A DNA stretch of 64,000 nucleotides from Azolla caroliniana (Eukaryota; Plantae; Polypodiophyta): the NCBI GenBank assembly GCA_043228905.1, contig JBHGNT010000020.1, positions 10,416,001 to 10,480,000 on the forward strand. Direction: 5' to 3'. The notes below the pieces were generated by a model that saw only the letters and a program-made list of their open reading frames with translations, was not told the DNA's origin and made no database searches. Below are positions 13,510-24,757 of the stretch, in pieces; within the stretch, counting starts at the first letter, position 1; every line of letters starts with the position of its first letter. A program made the translations under genes and the position numbers.

Positions 13510-13862
13510 TAGTACTCAGGAACTCCATATGCCGTATCGAGTTCCTATATAAAAGACAAACTTTATACAGGAACTCCATACGGCGTATCGAGTTCTTGTT
13601 TGAAGTTTAGGTTTTATATAGGAACTCGATACGCCATATCGAGTTCCTGTATAATGTTTGTGTTTTATATAGGAACTCGATACGCCGTATCGAGTTCATG
13701 TTTAAAGTTTACGTTTCTTACAAGAACTCGATACGCCGTATCGAATTCCTGTGTAAAGTATGTGTTTGATACATGATCTTGATACCCTGCATCGAGTTCA
13801 TGTATAGACACGAACTATATACAGGAACACGATACGGCGTATCGAGTTCTTGTATAAAACAC
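13510..13862. repeat. Array of 7 palindromic units with a 51-bp period
   Basis: Core GGAACTCGATAC-GCC-GTATCGAGTTCC at 13519, 13570, 13621, 13672, 13723, 13774, 13824. Confidence 0.95.
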
Positions 13863-14510
13863 ACAATTAAAAGAGGAATATTGTGTCTTTGGTGCAACAA
13901 TTTAGTATTGTGTGAAAAGATATCAAACTTTCTGTCAAAATCTGACTTTTTTTATGGAGATTTGCCATATTTTGTAACAAATAGGGGCCTTAATTAGTGG
14001 TTTTATGACCTAGTATAGCTTAAAATAGTAGAAAATCAGAATAACAATTACTTAGATAGTCAAAAGGGACGGAAGCGATGGCGGGAGCAAACGCAGCGGA
14101 ACAGGGTGCGCAGACATGGCGTGCAGGAGCAGGAGCAGGTGCACGCTGAGGAACGCGCGTGCTGCCCAACAGAGCAAGAGGCGCCAACTGCTGTCCAGGC
14201 CGTCACACTGGAGAATTGCAGGTAATAAGCAGCAGAGCGTTGGCGGGAGCAAACGCAGCAGAGCGCGGAGTGGGAGCAACAGAAAAAGGCGAGCAGGAGC
14301 AGGAGTAGGTGCACGCTGAGGAACACGCGCGCTGTCCAACAGAGCAAGAGGAGGAGCACAACGCCAACTGCTGTCCAGGTACTCTCACACACAATCCTCC
14401 CTCCCTCCCCCAACCAGAAAACGCAAAGTAACACATTAAAAAAACACAAAACAAAGGGGGAAGGGAAGAACAACACATACAACCTAGGCTCGCAAGACAC
14501 ATAACTCGCT

Positions 14511-15980
14511 ATGATGGGAGGAATCGAGCTTCCACCAGCGCCCAGTTTGCTTGATGAAGAAGGTGGATCAGATCTCGCCATTACCCTGTCCCTTGAGGCT
14601 AACCGTGTCTTAGCGGAAGAAATCGAACGCCTACGGCGTACCTCCTTCGTATGTAGGTTTCTGGCAGGTAGACCAAGTCGGGGCATGGTTCGGGACATGT
14701 TTCAGGTGGCTGTGTTGGAGAACATGCCGGTAATCAAGAGTGTCAGGGGTTTAGGGAAAAACTTCTTCCACATTGAATTAGGTAATGACTCGCTGGCGCA
14801 ACCATTGGTCGAGCTCAAGGTACTCGAACTGAAGTACGGCAAGGTGTTGCTCCAACCATGGTCACCAGGGTTCAATCCGATCGAAGAGTTACGGAAACTC
14901 AACAACCCTAGGGTGATCACCGCAACATTTCTTGGCCTCCCTCCACATTTGTACCACCTGCTCCCTCTTTTTGGCGAACAAGTAGGGATGATATGCCCTC
15001 AAAAAGCGTCAATGGCAGACACAGTCGCGGAGGTGCCCAAGTTGCGTATCTTGGTGCCTTTCCTCCATGGACTTCCATCAAGGATTAGACTCTACTCTGA
15101 GGAGTTAGGCCTCACAGTGGTAAAAGTGGTTTATGAGGGATTCCTGGGGCAGTGTTTCAGTTGCAAACAGACAGGACACCTAGCTAAGGAGTGTCCTCGT
15201 AAGATTGGAAAGGGAAGCTCGGGACCACGACCCTCGGGCAAAGTCGGGACAACCAAGGGTGAAGAGGCTCCTTGGCTACCCGTTAAGAAGAAGGGGAAAC
15301 TTGGAGGCCTAGGTGCCTCCTCTCCCGCCCTTTTTCATGACCACCCCTTTGAAAGAAGTCCCGCCACCTTGTCACCAGCAAGCGTGGACGAGCAACCCTT
15401 GAAATGAGTAAAGATCCTCTCCGGGAGTGCCAAGGCACCCGACCTACAGGTGAGAGCTACCAACAGATTTACACTTCTTCAAGGGTTAGGGGATGGCGAC
15501 CCAGCAGCGTTGGCAGCAATGTTGTCCCCGTGCGACTCCTCACGCATTCCCCCACGGGAGCCCGAACTCGTGTTCTCCACCCCGATGGAGATGCAACCCC
15601 AACTTGTATCGTCCACCCCGGAAGAGAAGTTGGCACAACCCCCCCTCCCGTTGGAACGTGAATGTGGTAGTGGCCTCAGATTAGTGAAATCGTGGATCCG
15701 GACGGGCAAGCTCAAGGACAAAGAAAAGGGTAAGATAGGAAGACCAACACCTGGTTTGGCGACGACTCTGTTAGATAGAGGGATGCAAGTTGTGCCACCG
15801 CTTCGGAGCACAAATGTATCGCGGGATCTATTTGAAGCGGGTCGGGAACGACCGGATGAGAATCTTGTAGGGGATTTGCAGCCTGCAGTGGAGACCATAC
15901 CCCCCGAAACAGGTGTTAGTTTGCCCCATGACATGGGGATCGGCCCGAACATGGGCGCCAACGTCACCGTTTTCGGATGA
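14511..15980 (+). pseudogene. LINE ORF1 (DUF4283-like region + CCHC zinc knuckle), one premature stop at 15405-15407
   Basis: GKNFFHIEL...QPWSPGFNP; CFSCKQTGHLAKEC; ORF pieces 14511-15407 and 15450-15980 are in the same frame. Confidence 0.85.
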
Positions 15981-18900
15981 GGATCCTAACGTGGAATGTA
16001 CAGGGCCTTGGTGGAGGCCGACAACACCAAGAGTGTAGAAGACTTCAGGAGGAGCTGAATCCCCTTAATATAGGGGGCCATATTGACATATTGCTTTTGC
16101 AGGAACACCACCTCTCGCAAGAGCGAACTCAGAGCTTAGTAAACCCCTTGTCGGGTGGGTGGACCACATGGTGGTCGGCTGCGCAGGGTGACCTCCACCG
16201 AAGAGGAGGGGTCTGCATCTCGATTAGCGATAAGGCCCGATACGAAGTAACATCATCTGGCACGCTGGTGGAGGGTCGGGCCTTATACGTGCTTCTGAAA
16301 TGGAATCGCCTACAGATTGGGGTGCTAAACATTTATGCCCCTAACTCAGCCCCCGAGAGAGCAATCTTTTGGAGGATGCTAGCGACAACATTACCTAATG
16401 TCGAGGCTTGGGTAATGGCAGGTGATTTCAACATGATTGAACACCTGGGAGATAGGAAAGGAGGGACCTAGAGGCCTATTTATGGTGCGGAGCTGGATTC
16501 ATGGGCTTTCCTAATTGGCAAAATCGGGGTGAAGGATACATGGGGCTCTTCCCTTAGGCGAAGCTCACATTCGCTGCACTTTTCTAGAGCCGCTGGGAAT
16601 GCTAGGGGCGGTAGTCTTGCACGGCTAGACCGCATATACATCAACTCATCCCTCGAAGAGCTCGGGGGCTCCTTTGCTACCTTGGTAGGTCTTACCTTTT
16701 CAGATCATCAGCCGGTGAGACTAGACCTTAACCCACCCAACGATAGCAAGGGCAGTCTCAACGTAAAGATCCCCATAAAGATCATGAAGAGTGAAGAGGT
16801 GAAGGCCGGTTTACAGAGTATATGGCAGGACACCATGGGCAGTGAATCAGCCAGCGAAGATCTGCAGAAAAAATTGGCCCTCTCCTCCTCCTTTTTACAA
16901 CAAGAGACCAAGCGCGCCCTCCAACAGGTTAGAGCCATTGAAACAAAATTAAGGAAGGCCGTTGCGGCAGCGCAACGGCTGTTACAGGTAGACCCTGGTT
17001 GCAAATGGTCTAGAGCTAAGCTAGAGGAAGCAAAGATGAAGGTACAGGAAAGGACTTTGGAGAAGAACCGAATGCTGTTTCGAAGAAACGCAGCATGGTG
17101 GGCTAGAAAAGACGACAAGGTCAACCGACATTTCTTTCACTACAAGGCACCCAAGGGTGGTGGTGGACGTATACACGGGCTGCGCAAACCAGACGGCTCA
17201 ATAACGGAGGACAAGACTGAGGTTCTGGAAATGGCAACACAATACTATCATGACCTCCTCGCACCTATGCATGTAAGGCAAAACTCGGAGATGGCTGATC
17301 GAGTGATGTCTTGCATTCACCCCAAGGTAACCCAAGAGATGGAAGTTGTGCTCGATAGTCCCATCTCTTGTTTAGAGCTCTCGGAGGCACTTAGGGGATT
17401 GTGAAGGGGTGCATGCCCCGGCCCCGATGGTCTCTCACGAGATTTCTTCGAGATTCATTGGGAATGTGTTATCCCGTCCTTGGAAGCCGGGTTCCAAGAG
17501 ATTTGGTCCTCAGGAAAGATGCCGATTGGTCTGGCTGAGGGGATGATATATCTCATCCCCAAATCCCAAGAGCGAAGCCTAGAGTTGCGCCAATGGCGTC
17601 CAATCACGATCCTTAACACGGCATACAAGATACTCGCTAAAGTCCTAGCTCAGCGATTAGCAAGCTTCTTACCGGACATCATACACGACAATCAAACTGG
17701 GTTTGTCAAGAACAGGTGTATCTTTGATAATGTGTTGCTTCTTTGGGAAGCTATGGCATTGGCCGGTCGCTCCGTATCGAGCTCGGCTATTCTGATGCTA
17801 GACTTCGAGAAGGCCTACGATAGGGTGTTATGGCCCTTTTTGGAAAATGTGATGAGAGCTTTGGGCCTACCTCAAAAATGGAGGAATTGCACTGCTGCAC
17901 TCTATCGGACAACTACGAGTAGCGTGCTGATGGCTGGATCTAGGGGACCCGCCTTCCAACTACAACGCTCAGTGAGGCAAGGTTGTCCCCTAGCCCCATA
18001 TCTCTATCTCTTTGTAACCGAGGCTTTCTCCGCCTACTTACAAGCACCAACTAGCGGGCTGCGGGGATTGCCCATCCCCAATGCGACTGAAGATTTGTTG
18101 TTATCTGAATATGCCGACGATACGGTTCTTTTCTTGCAAGGTGATGAGGAGAATTTACAGCGGGCTGAACATCTTGTCGAGAACTTTTGTCAGGCGGCTG
18201 GTGCCAAGATCAATTGGAATAAAACCCAAGGTCTATGGTTCAGCGAACAGGAGACACCAAGATGGCAACCCCATGCCGATTTTACGTGGGTCCCTAGTGG
18301 GATGACTTTCAAGTACCTTGGATTTACGATGGGGAGGTCAATCCCCAAGGGAGCGCAATTGGCCCACGTACAAGCCAAAATAAGTAAGAAGCTGAACCAG
18401 TGGAGTAGATCTAAATTGTCCTTCGCTGGTAGGGTCCTTGTGGCGAACCAAGTGCTGCTCGCTACCATGTGGCACTCAGTCTCATGCTGGATTATGGACC
18501 CTGTAGGTTTGCACGCGATTAAGGCTGCCATTAGGGGGTTTATATGGTTAGGTAAGGACAACCCAAGGGCTGCCGCCAGAGTCTCATGGTGTTGGTTAAT
18601 GCAACCGCGGGCCAAAGGGGGGCTTGGCCTCATAGACCCCTTAACGCAGAGTCGTGCATTGCTGGCTAAAATGGTGGTTCGCTGCCTCCTGCCAGGTAAG
18701 GGGTGCTGGAAGGTACTTCTTCGCAACAGGCTACAAGTAGGGACTCCCAAGTATGGTAGGCCTTGGCCCGACTCCTTGAATTGGTGCTGCACGAGCGGAG
18801 TCCCACCCAGGCTGGCTTGCTATCCGGAGGACAGGGTCACGAACTCCATCTTGCGGGCATGGTGCCATATACGACAACATTTGGTCAAGCACACCCCGGA

Positions 18901-20290
18901 GACATTGACCGAATGGACTAGACAACCACTATTCTGGAATCCTCATGTGCGAACGAATGACAACGCGATGCTAGGGCAACTTAAGGGCCTAGCATGGGGA
19001 AAGTTGGCACAAACAGGCCTCCTATCTATAGACGATTGGAGACGCATGGCTGATTCAGGAAGAGCCCAAGAGAACCTTTTCCCTCCCCTCAAGGGAGCTA
19101 CGAAAATGCGGAGACCGATAGCTGAGGCAGTTGACAGGGTTCCGATGGGGGAGGCGAGAGAACATGCATGGTTCGGTCTCTTTGACGAGGCTGGAATGGT
19201 CAAGTCGCTAAAGGGCATGAGCGGATCGGGGAGTGATACAGTTTTTGGGGACAGCCAGAGCAGCGGCTCTTGGCACCCAATCCGAGTGGTGGCACAGATT
19301 GATAACATCTGGAAGACAGACCCGGATGTTGCTAAGGTGGAACCCCATTGGAGGTTAAGGGTATACGGTTGTCGCCCCCTTGTCGATCTGGATTGGGACC
19401 CCGGGGATTTCAGATGGAAACATGACGATAGACTCCACCACTTCTTCGATTACACCACTAAATTGGGTCGGACTTTGCAGCTGCAGCCAGGCGGCCCCCT
19501 TCGCAACGGCTGGCGAACATTGGGCATCCCCGATGAGGCGCTCATTGCCTTTTGGAAGGGTCTTTGGCGTCTCCACATGCCTGAAAAGATTAAGCTCTTT
19601 TGGTGGCAGATCGGTCATAATGTGGTGCCCGTTGGCGAATGGTTAGATAAACGTGGCAGCCCGTTAGGCTGCCCACTGTGCTCTCTACTTATTGAGTCTC
19701 TGAGACATTGTTTGTGGGATTGCCCTCAAGCTCAAAAGGTATGGGATAGAGTGACTCGCCTCCTTGTGGCATGTGAAGTTGAAGGAACAGCCTCGTGGAG
19801 CGCTGCGGCATGGATTGATCACTCGGTCGAAGGGTGGACGGACGCCGTCAATGCGGATAGTTGGTGCTATGTATGCACAAGAGGCAAAATCGTCAAGATC
19901 CGTTTTGAAAGAGGCTTGCAGGCCGCATCCCCTAGGTTTCCGAAAATCTGGATGTTGATCGCAGGTTTCACCTTGTGGTATATATGGAAAGCGCGTTGCC
20001 TCAAGGTCTTCCAAGGTATGGTACGGCCCCCGGAGGAAGTGATCATGGACATATGGTTCGCGCTTATCAGCTGCCTACGAGGGCAACTGGAAGAGGTTTG
20101 CAGCCACTCCAACGACGTGACCACTGCCCGTTTGCGCTTTTGGCAGAAATGGCGGAACACACCTATGGTGATGCAAGGCGGGAGTGGCCCGAGGTGGAAC
20201 TACCAGCCCCCACGTTGTTTGTTTCCTACTCACCTACCACCCTCTCTTCGGTGTAGGCCCCAAGAGCCGACTCGTACTAGGCAACATTGA
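15977..20290 (+). pseudogene. LINE ORF2 (APE endonuclease, reverse transcriptase, zf-RVT), two in-frame stops
   Basis: WNVQGL, LQEHH, GDFN, RLDRIY, SDH; WRPITILN, DFEKAYD, RQGCPLAP, YADD; CPLC...HCLWDC; three ORF pieces share one frame; ATGA overlap with ORF1. Confidence 0.92.
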
Positions 20291-23200
20291 AGGGCATCGC
20301 CTTGGATATAGGTAGCTTCTTACATTAAGTTAGGCCGCAAGGCAATGTAAGTGGCTCATCTTCTTTGGCTTGATCGGAGGAAGTCTCCCCGATGTGTGTA
20401 TAAGTCTCCTTATAGACTCTATGTAATAATCCTTCCTAACTAATGGGAAAGTAGCTTTACTTTGAAAAAATAAAAAATAAAAAAATAGTAGAAAATAACC
20501 CACAAATTACCTTTACGATGCCAAATTCAAGTCTATCATATGCAAATTCTCTAGAATATGGATATGGAATCAATATAACCTATACCTACCCTACAAGATA
20601 ATATATATCCTTGTATACTTATTAAGATATATATTTTCTAAGTTGAATAGCCCTTACTAGAATGGATTTCTAAATAAAGGAATACCATGTTCACTCAATG
20701 CATGATTGATATTTATAGTTTACCACAAATCGCTTGCTAGTTTTTGTCTTCGTCTAATTATGTGTATTTTAATATACAACCTTAATGTACGTGACCACCT
20801 AACTTATGTTTTCGCATGTCCTTTCTTAAATAGGTCGTTTGAGAACTTGTTAGACTGACCTGTGAAGAAGATAAAGCTCCACATACAGGGCTCTCCAATT
20901 AAAAGCCAAACCCTAATAGCTCCCGAGAACATGAAGAGAGGAAAAAAGCTTCTCTTCAACGAGGAGTCAAAATCTCAACCACCCAATGAGGTCAGCCAAA
21001 AGAAACTATTAACAACTACTGGTGGTGAAGACCTTCCTGACCATGATCTAACGGACAAGGAATGGTGTATGCAATACGTCGACTCCAAGAAAAAAGTCGT
21101 GTTGTATACAACAAAGAAGAAGGGTGAGGGGTAGCTTCAAAATGAAACCGCATTTATGTATGGCCGTATTCTACGATTTGACTACGAAGATTCAGATTCG
21201 GCCAACATACTTGTAATGATAGAGTGCTCTAAGGGGGTACGTAAAGTGTTCCTTTCTGAAGATCTTCTGGTAAAGGAATCTTGTGGGCCCGAAGCTTTCA
21301 AAAAAGATCTAGAAAGCTCACAAAACCTTATTGTTACCTTGAGGCCTTATATACAAGGCCATGTAACTCTAAGGGAGCCATTGCCCTCCCCAGTAAAGGC
21401 CTTGAAAAGGGCATCTAAAGTACAATCAAGACCACCAAAAAAGAAGACCACTAAAATGTCGGACTCCGATTCATCAAGCTCAAATGAAGATGAGGACACT
21501 AAGGGGACGCTAGGAGTTGAGCTGGAATCGGGTGTGTTGTCATCCGAGCAGAATAAGATACGTAAACCAGTCAAGAAAGGGAAAGTGTTTAATTTGCCTA
21601 TAACACACATCCATCGGCCCCCTATTGATGAAAAAACAAGACGAAGACCATTTGAGATTAGAGAGCCAAACTGAATGCATGTTCAAAATCTCAAGAAAAA
21701 AATGAAAATTAATCCACATGCTACCGTCGTGCCTTTTATTGTTATGGTGGATCCTGAAGAATGTGAAACCATTGAAGATTTCGATATAAGAAAACATGAT
21801 CAATATAATTACTTTGTCATTGGTGGATCGCATTCGGCGGAGGCACGTCGACAACTTGTGAGAGAACATCCAACGACTTTCTTCTTCAAGAATGCCGAGT
21901 GCAAAATTTACGTGGGTCTCACAACTGAAGAGGCAAAGCTGTTGGCATGGGACCACAATAACGATAATGACTATAGGTAGAAAATGTCATCGATTGAGCG
22001 TATACGGTTCTTCCACCACGAGTATTTGGACGTCAAACAAAAGTTTGGTGTGAAGTTACATCCAGGCCTACGATGTCAATGCTTGCATGAAGTCAGCATT
22101 GTGGTAGATGATAATGTTAAGTCCGATGGTCTTCGAAAATATGAGTCTTGGTTTCAACTGGCATTTAGAGATGGAGAAGTATGGGACCTACAAGATCAAA
22201 TCTTCTTAATGTAGGAGAATAAGGAGGTCAAGGGTCAATGACAAAAGAAATGTAAGGTAGACCCTCAACTAGAATTAAAGTCACAAGCGGCCAAGAAAAT
22301 TGATTTGACAATTGAAGAAACAGCTGACGACATGAAGTTGTCTCTGTGGAGAGCGGGTATTAAGGACGAGCAGCTTCTTGTGTCTGTTTTGTCAAGGGTT
22401 GTGGCCAAAGATTTAAGCCTTGAAGAAATGGTCACTGAGTTCAATAAGTAAGTCTTTCAAATAGTGATATTGAAGTCAATATGGTGCAATTGAAAGTTCT
22501 AACCTTGTTTTCTAATTTCACAGTCATAAGGTGTACATGAAGATCCAAGAAGTTATGATGAAACAACTTGGATGTATAACTTGGGAACAAGTGACTAGGG
22601 ATTATCCTCTAATGTCTTCATATAAGGCGTTATCAAAGTATTTTATTGCATTCAAGGATTGGGTTAGTATTGGTGGTTTTTCATTAAGCTTTCATCATAT
22701 GTAGAGCTTCTATAATAAAACTTGATGTCCTATTGCTTCTATTAGAAACCGTGTCATGGCAAGAAACAAGGAGAAGTTAAGGATATACACGATTTCCCGA
22801 CATCCTTCCTTGCACATCTCGAGAGAGCCAAAAAAGAAAAGGATCGGCGCTTAGTCAAGGCCTATGAAATGGAGGAAGATGGCTCCCTCAAAAAATTTAG
22901 CCACAAAAAAGATATTACGAGAGATCTTTACTACAATGTGGTTTGCGGGGATGTCGTTGACATGATCCAAAAAGTGCCAAAGAAGGAATATACGCTAATG
23001 ATTGTGGATATTCCTTACGGATTTCGAATGGTAGGGTCATCATACGACGATGAACCGTTTAGGTTTAAACAGTTGGAGAAGATGGTCAAGGATTTTGTTG
23101 AGCTAACGACTGCATCCTTGTGGAGAATAGTTGTCTTTCATAGTATGGACCAAGGGTACTTGGTAGCTCAAGCTTTGATATCTTGTTGCCATGGCATCGA

Positions 23201-23742
23201 GAACCTTGCATGGTAAGGATTATTTATAGGTCTCATTCACTATATTGCCCTTCTTAAGATTGTTCAATCTATTCTTAACTCGATGTAATATTTGTTATAG
23301 GATAAAATCCAATGTAAATAGAGGTCCAACCTTTCGGTTCATTAATGCCATTGAATACATCACGGTTGGCTACTTCGATGAAAATTAAGAAACAAAGAAT
23401 CAAGGAGCATTCTAATGAAGTGGGAGGTTCAAATGTGTTGGTATATCCAGCAGTGACACGAAAATTGTGACATGTCACCACGACAGAACGGGGACTTGTC
23501 AACCCATACCAAAAACCTCAATGACTTATGATGCACTTGATCGAGATGTTTTCTGTCGAAGGAGACTAGATATTAGATCTCTTTTCTGGCAAAGGTATTC
23601 CCCGAAGAACTAGGGTAACAATCTTGAGATAACTAATACTGAATCTTTTTTGTTTGAGAACTAATTCTTCTTGTTACTTTCTTCACAGGAATGACGTCTG
23701 CATGTGCATTGAAGCTCTTTAGAAACACAGTTGCATTGGAGA

Positions 23743-23878
23743 AGGATGAGGAGCAGGTTATATTTATAAACATGAGGATTAAGGTTTTGTGGGAGTGCCC
23801 AGACAAGGACGAGGAGCAGGTTATATTTATAAACATGAGGATTAAGGTTTTGTGGGAGTGCCCAGACAAGGACGAGGA
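23743..23878 (+). repeat. 63-bp in-frame tandem duplication in the last MTase exon
   Basis: DEEQVIFINMRIKVLWECPDK occurs twice. Confidence 0.9.
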
Positions 23879-24489
23879 GGTTAGTGCAAAGAACCTCGCT
23901 GATACTAAAAGGTTTCAACCGGCTTTGCGAGAGCCTATTCCTTCGTTAGCCGGGGAACCGAGGGAGCTAATAGAGCTTGATGATGAGATTATAGAAGATA
24001 TTTCGTTGGCTCGGCTAATAGGGGATGAAGAAAATGACATTGACGATTTGATTGCTATGTAATAGACTCTTTTAAAAACGCGAAATGTATTGTTTGGATT
24101 TCACATTATTAATACAAATTTTGGGTTTTACTTGGTGGATTCTATTCTTTATAATCTTCTATATGTTTCAATTTTATTTTTATATACTTGGTTAGTAGAC
24201 TTATGACATTGGTTTCACTGCGTGCATTGCTGACTACCAAATTTATGGAGAAACATGAATTAGTTTAAATTGAGGCTGATTTTGATCAAAGTTTACCTTA
24301 ACATAACATGGTCGTAGAATTGTTGCCATGATTGTTCATGTTGTTATTATGGATCTTTGTCTTCTATTGTTAAAACTATTATGTTTCTCTTCCATTGTTG
24401 TTTAGATTGTGTAGTGTGTTGATAATGGTTCCACTAGCGTTATCCGCATGTTTTTATACGCTTGTAGTTCCACTAGCATTATTGTTCGG

Positions 24490-24757
24490 AGTTTGATCCC
24501 GTGTGAAACACCTAAGCAATAGATGTATAATACAAGTATAAAAGCCTTAATAGGTTTGTTATTTCCACCACATTATCCTAAAGTTCACTGTCTTACATTG
24601 TCCACAATTATATACATATGGTTTGATCCCATACGAACAAACTGAGGAATACATTAGATCAACTTTAAATACAAGTATTAAATACTTTAATAAGTTAGTA
24701 ATTCCAATCACATTATCCTAAAGTGCACTATCCCACATTGTCCACAATTATATACAT
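24490..24757. repeat. Imperfect direct repeat of about 135 bp
   Basis: GTTTGATCCC...CACATTATCCTAAAGT...CACAATTATATACAT occurs twice. Confidence 0.7.

Larger units (their letters stand above)
14037..20481 (+). mobile_element. Full-length L1-clade LINE inserted in intron 1 of the ParB-MTase gene
   Basis: 15-bp TSD AAAATAGTAGAAAAT at 14022-14036 and 20482-20496; A-rich 3' tail; GC-rich 5' UTR with a duplicated unit; ORF1 + ORF2. Confidence 0.93.
13435..24062 (+). pseudogene. ParB/Srx-like domain + beta-class N6A/N4C DNA methyltransferase fusion gene; approximate exons 13435-13469, 20834-22447, 22524-22662, 22746-23212, 23301-23594, 23689-24062
   Basis: Exon 1 MSSKKIERQDS splices in phase to 20834; ParB-like PFIVMVDP...YFVIGGSHSAEARRQL; MTase motif IV LMIVDIPYG (DIPY 23007-23018), WIKSN...AIEYITVGY, NPYQKP, motif I ILDLFSGK/G (split by an intron), ALEKD; multiple in-frame stops. 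Confidence 0.8.

Noticed and set aside
13510-13862. CRISPR array
   Set aside because: Regular palindromic repeats, but the linkers are only about 12-15 bp and are related to each other (in both orientations). There are no cas genes and the context is a eukaryotic intron.
14060-14698. 212-aa antisense ORF over the LINE 5' UTR (ORF0-like)
   Set aside because: Arises from a GC-rich duplicated UTR and the antisense of ORF1; no recognisable domain.
24497-24510. Bacterial parS-like half-site (GTGTGAAACA)
   Set aside because: Only a partial, non-palindromic match; expected by chance.
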